A stretch of 36,698 nt of DNA from Candidatus Heimdallarchaeota archaeon. Its GTDB lineage: Archaea; Asgardarchaeota; Heimdallarchaeia; Hodarchaeales; Hodarchaeaceae. Below, in pieces: positions 26,386 to 34,307 of this stretch. The notes beneath the pieces were generated by a model that had not been told where the DNA came from, made no database searches, and was given only the letters and a program-made list of their open reading frames with translations. Each line of letters opens with the position of its first letter. Within the stretch, counting starts at the first letter, position 1. The DNA lies in NCBI GenBank assembly GCA_048881705.1, contig JBHLSH010000036.1, positions 1-36,698 of the forward strand, given 5' to 3'. The position numbers and the translations under genes were made by a program.

Positions 26386-27219
26386 CTACCCAAAGAATTC
26401 AGATAGGCCATATTGACGGGGGAGGTATTTGGAGGCATCAGAGAAACCCTGAACATCTAGATTTTCTCTCGTTAGGCGCCTCCGAAGCGAAATAACATCA
26501 TTTATAGCATATCCTGAAAATCGATTGTTGATCAGGATGAAAATCCTTTGATGAACCTCGTAAAGTGGTTTGATTCTGCTAACCAGGCCACATATTTCAG
26601 TATCTTTCACTAAAAATGTGCGGCCGAGCTGTGAATCAGGAATGGTTTTTCTATCTCCCAAAATTCGAACGTAATAGACAGGAGCCTTTTTGGAAAAAAA
26701 GTCAGGAGGAATTTTTATCTTTGTTGTGTCTGTAAGCACGAGGGAATAATCAGTTATTAAGTGTTTTAATTCAGGAATGAGCCAAGATGAATTTCTTAGC
26801 TCTAAAATTAGAATTCTTGAAAAATGCTTGGAACATTCATCTAGTATCCGAACCAGATACTCTAAGCGATCAGAATTAAAACGAAATGATGGAGGAAATT
26901 GAAGGAGAATTCCCTTTAATTTTGGTTCCAAGCCCTTTAAAGGTAGAAAAAATTCTTCGATCAGATCCGACTTTGAGGAAAGATTACTGGAATGGGTCAC
27001 ATCCTTTATCATTTTGGCAGTGAACTGAAAATCTTCAGGAGTAGATTTATACCATCGTTTCACCAGGGAATGCGAAGGAATACTGTAGAAAGTGGTATTA
27101 ATCTCGTTTAATTTCGAATGACGTGCGTAGTATTTCAGCTCGTTCTTTGCGTCATTAGGATAAAATCGCCCACGCCAGAAGGGGTAATACCATCCAGTTG
27201 TTCCCAAATATACCGTCAT
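26386..27219 (-). CDS. DUF72 family protein
   Basis: YLGTTGWYY..W.GRFYP, EINTTFY, FTAK...THS, LLQFPPSF and LELRNSSW. True start ATG 27219; the track's 5' extension overlaps the upstream gene. Confidence 0.92.
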   Translation of the reverse strand: MTVYLGTTGWYYPFWRGRFYPNDAKNELKYYARHSKLNEINTTFYSIPSHSLVKRWYKSTPEDFQFTAKMIKDVTHSSNLSSKSDLIEEFFLPLKGLEPKLKGILLQFPPSFRFNSDRLEYLVRILDECSKHFSRILILELRNSSWLIPELKHLITDYSLVLTDTTKIKIPPDFFSKKAPVYYVRILGDRKTIPDSQLGRTFLVKDTEICGLVSRIKPLYEVHQRIFILINNRFSGYAINDVISLRRRLTRENLDVQGFSDASKYLPRQYGLSEFFG

Positions 27220-27268
27220 TGTTCTATTCCAGCGCGATTGTTTAATTAATCTTTGTAAACGGGGATAT

Positions 27269-27817
27269 TTAGTACGATATACTGTGAAAATATTCATGTA
27301 TGGCTGATAAAGTGAGATGGTCGGTAATATCGTTTCCATAGTAGGCCTTTACCACAACGCCCTGATCGATTAGAAAACTCGCAGGAATTAATGTTCGAAT
27401 TCCATCCATGATTCCAAGGTGAAATCCCTTTTTTATTGCCTTTAGAAACTTCCCCCAACGAAAATAGCCCCGTATATAGCCCCACTTGGATGCATATACC
27501 CCGTAAAGCCTATAAACCTCATGATTAGGATCCGAAATTACGGGAAACGGGATATTTTCTTGTCTTTTTTCGACATACTTGGATATAAGCTCCTTGGGAG
27601 ATTGAAAAAAGGCTAATATCTGTAGATTGTATTTGGAGTGTAATTTAGGGTATTCCGTAATTAATTCAGAGAAACGGAGATTACAAAAGGGGCATGAAGC
27701 GTATCTGAAGAAGCTAAGATAAAGAGCATGCGCACGAAAGTCTTCTAGAGCAATATGATTACCATATATATCCTGGGTTTGAAATTCGATGGCATTTTGC
27801 CCTTCTATTACCCTCAT
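27269..27817 (-). CDS. AhpC/TSA peroxiredoxin-like (thioredoxin-fold) protein
   Basis: LSFFRYASCPFCNL (CxxC), PFPVISDP...YRLYGV and IPASFLID. Confidence 0.88.
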   Translation of the reverse strand: MRVIEGQNAIEFQTQDIYGNHIALEDFRAHALYLSFFRYASCPFCNLRFSELITEYPKLHSKYNLQILAFFQSPKELISKYVEKRQENIPFPVISDPNHEVYRLYGVYASKWGYIRGYFRWGKFLKAIKKGFHLGIMDGIRTLIPASFLIDQGVVVKAYYGNDITDHLTLSAIHEYFHSISY

Positions 27818-28250
27818 TTTGGTTCAACATTATTCTAGGGTTTTGCACAGCCCAGGTGAGCGGGATGGTGAAAGGTGCCTAAGTATTCGATTCAGTCAAG
27901 ATATATCTCAATGTGGGGGCTTGAAGATTATCTCCTTTATGCTATGATTTACCACTTAGAAGCTCATTATTTGGCTTTTATCAAATCAGGCGCTCAATAC
28001 GTATAACAATTTGGCAACTCACATTCTAAACGGAATACAATCGCTGAAAGGCTTAATAAAATCTCTGAAAAAATCGTGTTGTCTTTAATACTCGATTTTT
28101 CTCTTCTCTGTAGTATCAGCAATCAAAATTACGAAAAATGCAACTCCAAACAAATAGAAATGCCCGATTTACAGGTTTCTATAGGTCGATCTTAAACCAA
28201 GTCCATTTATCGAATTGACCAGATACATCAAATCAAATGGTGTAAAAATA

Positions 28251-29423
28251 ATGTTACGAACAGCAACGAAAATTTCAAACAAGAAATCGTTTTTTCTAAG
28301 CCTGCTTTTGGCGGGTTTTTTAATGGGACTCATGATGACCTCATTTTTAACTGCCAGTGCCGTCCCCGATGCCACCCTCCAGGAAACTACTGACACCAGT
28401 GAGGATAGTGAGACCAGTGAAACTGAAACTGAAACTGAAGATACGGACGTCACCGAAACAGAACTAGAAGAGGAACCTGATGACGATGATGATGGAATTG
28501 ACGATGAAACGGAAATGAAGAATGAACGTGAAATCTCAATCGAACACGATGCTGATGATGTGAAAATAGAATCGCAATTGAAATTTGGCGAACAAAAAGA
28601 TGAAATTCACATTGAGATCGAAGTCCACGATGAGCCAAAGGTAAAATTGGAGTACTCCTCAGAAGCCAATAGCGCTGAGATTGAACTCTCATTTAAGGTT
28701 AAATTCTATTCCATAGTCGAATACATTGATCAAGATGCTAATGGCGTTTTCAACGAATCCGAAGATCTACTGGTTCAAGAATATAGGTTGGATCAAGTTG
28801 CATTTGAACCAATCGACTATGTAGCACAAGATGGCCCCGGAAATTCCACTCTCCACATAATCACAATTAATACCACAGATGGTGTATTTCTTCTCCGATT
28901 CTACGCAGTTTCCGAATTCACGATGGTCAATGAAGCCATTGTAACTCCCACTCAAGCAAAAATCGACATAGAAATCCACAATTTTCCATACAATGATAGT
29001 AATTCGGATCTTGCCTTGCAAACGAAGCTAGAGGCCACAAAAGAATACGAACACGACGATGATACAGAGGACGAGGCCGAAGGACGCGCTGAGGAGGAAA
29101 AGGAAGTTGAAGTTTCCATGGGTGGCTTTGTAGGATTCTTCTCCTGGACTGAAACTGTCCTGGTTGATGGGGTCAATCAAACCGTGTTAAGTAGCCCTGT
29201 TGAAGATGACGACAGCAGCACGGATCAAAAGATCTTCTTAAACTACCCAAGGGGTACTGACATCATCCACGATCCAAAGATCGGAGTAGCAGGGGTTATT
29301 CAGGTAGCAGATAATCTATCGCCATCGGGCTCCTCACCCTCTAATGGATATCTAATCCCAGTAACCCTTGTGGTGCTTGCCTTAGTTGGTGGAAAAACGG
29401 TATATCAACGAAAGCGCAAATAA
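28251..29423 (+). CDS. Acidic single-pass surface glycoprotein (paralog 1)
   Basis: Signal peptide, T/S/E/D-rich linker, beta-rich domain ending YPRGTDIIHDPKIG, C-terminal TM and RKRK; six N-x-S/T sequons. Start uncertain (TTG 28215 or ATG 28251). Confidence 0.8.
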   Translation: MLRTATKISNKKSFFLSLLLAGFLMGLMMTSFLTASAVPDATLQETTDTSEDSETSETETETEDTDVTETELEEEPDDDDDGIDDETEMKNEREISIEHDADDVKIESQLKFGEQKDEIHIEIEVHDEPKVKLEYSSEANSAEIELSFKVKFYSIVEYIDQDANGVFNESEDLLVQEYRLDQVAFEPIDYVAQDGPGNSTLHIITINTTDGVFLLRFYAVSEFTMVNEAIVTPTQAKIDIEIHNFPYNDSNSDLALQTKLEATKEYEHDDDTEDEAEGRAEEEKEVEVSMGGFVGFFSWTETVLVDGVNQTVLSSPVEDDDSSTDQKIFLNYPRGTDIIHDPKIGVAGVIQVADNLSPSGSSPSNGYLIPVTLVVLALVGGKTVYQRKRK

Positions 29424-29442
29424 AATTATTCCGTTTTCCACC

Positions 29443-29469
29443 GATCCTTTTTTTTCTTTTTTTAGGATC
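29443..29469 (+). terminator. Oligo-T tract flanked by a GATCCT/AGGATC inverted repeat
   Basis: T8-C-T7 about 25 nt after the stop at 29423. Confidence 0.6.
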
Positions 29470-29501
29470 CTAAGATGAAGAAACACAGAAATATCTGATA
29501 T

Positions 29502-30752
29502 TTGTCAGGGCGGATATTGATGTTAAAACTATTAATACAAAGCCAAAATCGAACAAGAAGGAGAAAAGCAGCCGCGGTTCTCATTATGGTCTTTGTAGTT
29601 CTTTTATTGATGTCTACGAAAATGATTTCTGGTATAGCAGCATCTTCCGAAAGTTCCATGGCTAGGGATCGAGCCGATGATGATAATACCACAACCACTT
29701 CGGGTGAAACAAGTGAAACAACCGAGGGGGAGGAGGATGGAACAGAGACAGAAGAACAATCACTGAGTACTTCAGAAGAAGAACGCGATGATGATGGGGT
29801 AGACGACGATTATGAGGATATCAATGAACGGAACATCCAAGTAGAATATGACGAGGAAAAAGTTAATATCGAATCAGAACTTAAGGACGGAGTCCAAAAG
29901 GACAAGATCAAAATTGAATTCAAGATATCTGATTTTCCTGAATTTAAACTAGAATATGAGTCCAGATCAGGCTCAGGAGAGGTAGAACTTCAATTCTTTC
30001 TTCGATTCTTAGCGCTAATTCAATTCGAAGACATAAATGGGGACGGTACATTTAGTACTTCTGGTGACCAAATTCTGACGTCTTTGGCATTGGATTCTAT
30101 GACGTTTCTGCCTATCCAACACTCGAATATGAGTTCTGGAAATTCGACGCTCGAGATTTTTAATGCAACAACCAGCGACCGCCTTTTTAGCCTTCAATTT
30201 TATGTCAGCAGTGAATTCACAAAGATAAATCAAGCGATAATCAGCCCAACACAAATTAAAATCGACATTGCGATCAATAAATTCACATTTACGAAAAATT
30301 CTTCCTTCCTAGCCCTCCGAACAGAGTTTGAAGCTAATTCTGAGTATGATGAGGACGAGAGTACAGAGGATGAAGAGGAGGGGCGCGCACAGGATGAAAA
30401 AGAACTAAAGGTGACTCTTGGCGGGTTTTCAGGATATTTTTCCTGGAAGGAAGATGCTATGGTAGATGGAGCCAAAAAACCTGTCAATACCACTCAAGAT
30501 ACGGGTAACCAATGGCTTTATCTTGTATATCCTCAGGGAGCCAGCATCCTACATGATCCAAAGATTGGGGTAGAAGACATACTAGTTCCAATCGTTGAAG
30601 AAATTCTTTCGAACGTAATAGGATTATTGAAGATGTCCCCGGGAGGTTATTTTCTCTCAATGATTATAGTAACCCTGGTTGTGGTTAGTAGCACAATATT
30701 AGGCCGAATTAGAAGGCGACCAGAAGAGGCCCTAATAGAAAATGAGGTTTAA
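29502..30752 (+). CDS. Acidic single-pass surface glycoprotein (paralog 2)
   Basis: Same architecture as paralog 1; shares PTQ.KIDI.I, LAL.T, GF.G.FSW and YPQGASILHDPKIG; six sequons. Start uncertain. Confidence 0.8.
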   Translation: MSGRILMLKLLIQSQNRTRRRKAAAVLIMVFVVLLLMSTKMISGIAASSESSMARDRADDDNTTTTSGETSETTEGEEDGTETEEQSLSTSEEERDDDGVDDDYEDINERNIQVEYDEEKVNIESELKDGVQKDKIKIEFKISDFPEFKLEYESRSGSGEVELQFFLRFLALIQFEDINGDGTFSTSGDQILTSLALDSMTFLPIQHSNMSSGNSTLEIFNATTSDRLFSLQFYVSSEFTKINQAIISPTQIKIDIAINKFTFTKNSSFLALRTEFEANSEYDEDESTEDEEEGRAQDEKELKVTLGGFSGYFSWKEDAMVDGAKKPVNTTQDTGNQWLYLVYPQGASILHDPKIGVEDILVPIVEEILSNVIGLLKMSPGGYFLSMIIVTLVVVSSTILGRIRRRPEEALIENEV

Positions 30753-30793
30753 TTTGTGCATTTAGCGACATTCTTATTCTTTCCAGATAGTTC

Positions 30794-31666
30794 ATGACGT
30801 TACTGAATTTCGTGGGAATATCCGTGGCTGACTCTAATGACCCTGCGACAGAGGACGATGTGAAGATAGACGAACTCGTTTTGAAAGCACTCAACCATAA
30901 CATTAGACGCCGAATCTTATTCGAACTCTACGAAAAAGGATGGGCGGGGTATACAGAGCTTACCCATTGGCTTAAATTAACATCTGGGGTATTTTATCAT
31001 CATATGAGGATCCTTGTCGAAGCGGGTTTGGTCAATCAATCTGTTAGGGATAAAACCTATGAAATCACACCTAACGGAGCCCGAGCCGCAGAGTTTTTCC
31101 GTTCTAGCCTTCCACCAATCCAACCAAATCCCCTACTGTCGTGGGTGAAAATTTATTCGCCTGTTTCCACGCTAGTAACGCGATTTCCCGTTTTCAGTTT
31201 GCTAATACAGCTTCTACTGATAGGAGGGGGGCTGGTTCTCCTGACGATATCACACCAATTCGGAATTGCTGGTTTTTTTTTATTCTCTATCGACGATTCG
31301 TTAATCCTTATCATATATTCCGTTTTTTCAACCTTCACTGGGATAATCGCCTTATTTCTTTTCTGGGTTTTTGATGGCTACGCAAAACATGTAGATAAGA
31401 AGCGTGGGGAATTTGCTTCGCATGTACTAATCCCACAAACCATTATAACAACAACTTTTGTAGGTATTAGCTTATTGCCCCCCATTCCTGCATTATTGGA
31501 GATCATTCCTGCAATAGGTCTTCCCTTGTCAATAATATTTCAATTATTTGGCCTTAGCTATTATATTCATGTGTTTCAAAAAAATGGCAGTCGTTCATTC
31601 GCAAAATTAGCGATGGCCGTAATGATCCAACAGTACTTCTTTCTCGCGTCCATCTATTTTCTGTGA
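30794..31666 (+). CDS. Membrane-anchored ArsR-type wHTH regulator
   Basis: KALNHNIRRRIL, LTSGVFYHHMRIL..AGLV and YEITPNG, followed by about 6 TM helices. Confidence 0.82.
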   Translation: MTLLNFVGISVADSNDPATEDDVKIDELVLKALNHNIRRRILFELYEKGWAGYTELTHWLKLTSGVFYHHMRILVEAGLVNQSVRDKTYEITPNGARAAEFFRSSLPPIQPNPLLSWVKIYSPVSTLVTRFPVFSLLIQLLLIGGGLVLLTISHQFGIAGFFLFSIDDSLILIIYSVFSTFTGIIALFLFWVFDGYAKHVDKKRGEFASHVLIPQTIITTTFVGISLLPPIPALLEIIPAIGLPLSIIFQLFGLSYYIHVFQKNGSRSFAKLAMAVMIQQYFFLASIYFL

Positions 31667-31679
31667 CCAACAAATCCCA

Positions 31680-32597
31680 TTAACCAATTGAGTATTGAAT
31701 CGTTGACTCTTTTACCTTGTAATACTGCTCTAAATGATCGTTGATCTCGGAAATAATGGTTTGATATTTTAAAATCGACTCATCGCTCGGATTAGGAATT
31801 GGAAACTGGATATGCGCGGTAAGAACTGTGTCCCCTGGCGAAATGGTCCAATAATGAATCGATTCTATTGCTTGAATTGAGGGAAATTTAGATAGAAGAC
31901 CTTGGACAATCGTCTCAGAATTTTGTTCTCGAGGCCCCATCTCAAGTAAGATTCTCCCAGAGTCTCTGAGAATAGACCACGCCCAATGTAAAATTATGAA
32001 AGAGATTAACAAGCTGATTAACGGATCTAGAAAGTTCCAGCCAGTGAAGTAAATAACTGCCGCAACCACGATGATCCCAATCGAAGAGGAGGCGTCTGCA
32101 ACCATATGATAAAAGAGGCCCTTTAGGTTTAAATCTTGTTTAATCCGCCCCAGGATTATTATACTAGCAAGGTTAACTATCAAACCAAGGATGGCAATGA
32201 GAAACATTTCGGTAGCCAAGATAGCAACGGGTGAAAGAAATCTAAGTATGGCCTCGAATACAATCACGATTACAATGACAATTAGAAATAAACCGTTCAC
32301 AAATGCTGCAAGCACCTCCGCTCTACTTAAACCGTACGTACGGTGACAACATGGGGGAGTTTGAGCGATAAACACCGCAAATAAACTAATCCCAATTGCA
32401 AACACATGTGTAAACATGTGTCCTGCATCACTTAGAAGAGCTACGCTGGACGTGACAAAAGCTCCAATTATTTCAACAAACATGACAGAAAAAGTAATCA
32501 AGAAGGACAGTAGAAGTTTTCTCCTCTCGATAGAACGATATTCCGTCCATAGATCAAATTGGGTGTGTTTATCACCACTTTTCTGCGCCTGATTCAT
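31680..32597 (-). CDS. Cation diffusion facilitator (CDF) metal exporter
   Basis: SVALLSDAGHMFTH, TYGLSRAEVLAAFVNG, HMVADASSS, DPLIS and IHYWTIS. Confidence 0.95.
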   Translation of the reverse strand: MNQAQKSGDKHTQFDLWTEYRSIERRKLLLSFLITFSVMFVEIIGAFVTSSVALLSDAGHMFTHVFAIGISLFAVFIAQTPPCCHRTYGLSRAEVLAAFVNGLFLIVIVIVIVFEAILRFLSPVAILATEMFLIAILGLIVNLASIIILGRIKQDLNLKGLFYHMVADASSSIGIIVVAAVIYFTGWNFLDPLISLLISFIILHWAWSILRDSGRILLEMGPREQNSETIVQGLLSKFPSIQAIESIHYWTISPGDTVLTAHIQFPIPNPSDESILKYQTIISEINDHLEQYYKVKESTIQYSIG

Positions 32598-32619
32598 TAT
32601 CAGTCCTCGGCCAAGGGTT

Positions 32620-33140
32620 TCATTCTAAAGCAATCTTTAATCCCAATTGCGTCTTCATAAATAAGAGAGCTTCTGCATTGCCACCTGCATCATCGACGGG
32701 ATTGTGTGTGTGCTCACTCTCAAATGCTTGAAATTTTCAATTACGTTTTTAATCAATTCCTTATATAACGATCCTAGGTTCTGAGACGAATGACCTAATG
32801 GATTTTTCCCTAAAAAATGGTGAAAATACCAGTTAATGAAGAACCAGTCAATCCCATTATTGTCAGCTATGAAAAACACCCGTTTTCCTTTGGAAACACT
32901 GAAAATTCAACTCTTAAACTCTTCCATCACTTGAAGAGGACCAGGAAATTTCAACGTATCTTCTTGAGTAAGTTCTGAAACTGCTAGTGCATCAAGGAGA
33001 TATTTTTCGGATATAGGGGCTAATTTCCCGTCGAAAGACAATTCAAATCCTGTTCTAACGACTATTGCAGCAAATCACACCATGGAATAATCACCTGGAA
33101 TTGAAACGTCGGATTCAATAACTACACCGATCCACGTCAT
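32620..33140 (-). pseudogene. Decayed DEDDh 3'-5' exonuclease (Rv2179c/DUF5051-like)
   Basis: Manual translation from ATG 33140: MTWIGVVIESDVSIPGDYSMV*FAA...FKS*IF...ADNNGIDWFFINWYFHHFLGKNP...FKHLRV, then a frameshift at the (CA)n run to HTHNPVDDAGGNAEAL...LE* (stop 32620-32622). Internal TGA at 33075-33077 and 32907-32909. Confidence 0.82.
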
Positions 33141-33396
33141 GCCGTATCGCCTCTTTCATATCGTATTTTTTTGTTTGACACATAAGTATCCCGTCAATTA
33201 TATTTTAGAGGTACCTATCTTAGCAATAGTGAGGACAAATGGCATTCCTTTGTTTTCAATCTACCAAAGGACGAAACAAATCAGGGAAAGATTATTGAGT
33301 TTTTGTTTTGAAGAATACTATATTTCGACTCAAGAAGTAATCCGAGCTTAGGAGTAATTATTGGCTTCTAACTTGTGATCTGGTTTGGTATTAAAA

Positions 33397-34302
33397 ATGA
33401 CTGACGTACTGCCCATTGTGATTCCGATCATCGCCCTATTCCTGTTGGGCCTTTTATTACGTCAGCTAAATCTCTTCACTAAACAGGACGCCAACAGTTT
33501 CATAAGATTGGCCTTTTTTGTGTCCCTGCCCGCTATCATTTTGAATACAATACCAAAAACTACTCTTTCACTTGAGTTTCTATTCTTAGCTATTTTAGCA
33601 GTTATTTTAATATCTATTATGCTCGTTTTCTCATCTCTCTTAGCTCGATTCTGGGTGTTTGAGCGGGAGACGAGGGGTGTATTCATTATTGGCCCAATGA
33701 TATTAAATCTTGGCTTTAATGTCCCTTTTGTATTGGGTGTTTATGGTGAGGAAGGCTTCATTTATGCCAGCTTTTTTGATATCGGGAACCTTACCATGAT
33801 GCTTACCCTAGTGTATTATTTGGCACAGATTCATAACTCAAAAGCTGAAAATGTTCGATTTCTAAATAAAAGACTGCTCTTATCCCCTCCCTTGTTAGCT
33901 TTGATTTTTGCCATCGCAATAAATATACTTGGAATAAGTTTGGATATAAAACCAATACCTGACATTTTGGCCCTATTAGGTGCACTGGTTACCCCTCTCC
34001 TTATGATCGCTATTGGACTTTATTTCAGTCCTTCTAGTAAAAACATTGTTGCCGCAACTACTGTAGTGGGCATTCGAACCGTAATAGGCCTGTCAATGGG
34101 ACTGATATTTATAATACTGGTTCCCATGAGTGTTATAGGTCAAAAAATTGTGATTCTAAGTTCAGCGGCACCTATTGGCTTCAATACGCTTACATTTGCA
34201 ACGCTTGAAGATTTGGATCGTGAATTTGCTGCAAATGTAGTATCAATAGGAATAGCCGTCGGAATTTTCATGATAACTGTTCTATTGATACTAATGGGAT
34301 AG
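33397..34302 (+). CDS. AEC (auxin efflux carrier/malate permease) family transporter
   Basis: FFVSLPAII, NLGFNVP, SPPLLAL, PLLMIAIG and SAAPIGFN; about 10 TM. ATG 33397 preferred over TTG 33385. Confidence 0.92.
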   Translation: MTDVLPIVIPIIALFLLGLLLRQLNLFTKQDANSFIRLAFFVSLPAIILNTIPKTTLSLEFLFLAILAVILISIMLVFSSLLARFWVFERETRGVFIIGPMILNLGFNVPFVLGVYGEEGFIYASFFDIGNLTMMLTLVYYLAQIHNSKAENVRFLNKRLLLSPPLLALIFAIAINILGISLDIKPIPDILALLGALVTPLLMIAIGLYFSPSSKNIVAATTVVGIRTVIGLSMGLIFIILVPMSVIGQKIVILSSAAPIGFNTLTFATLEDLDREFAANVVSIGIAVGIFMITVLLILMG

Positions 34303-34307
34303 TTGGA

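Noticed and set aside
27220-27339. 5' extension of the DUF72 ORF given by the track
   Set aside because: It overlaps the peroxiredoxin-like gene, and the family N-terminus begins at ATG 27219.
28418-28439. (TGAAAC)n short tandem repeat
   Set aside because: It only encodes the ETETETE low-complexity linker and is too short to imply phase variation.
32620-33140. Selenocysteine or Trp recoding of the two in-frame TGA codons
   Set aside because: The same gene also has a frameshift and apparent catalytic missense changes. TGA serves as a normal stop elsewhere (e.g. 1515, 5527, 31666), and I recognised no SECIS.
33139-33351. 70-aa plus-strand ORF
   Set aside because: No recognisable motif, and it lies in the divergent promoter region between the pseudogene and the AEC gene.
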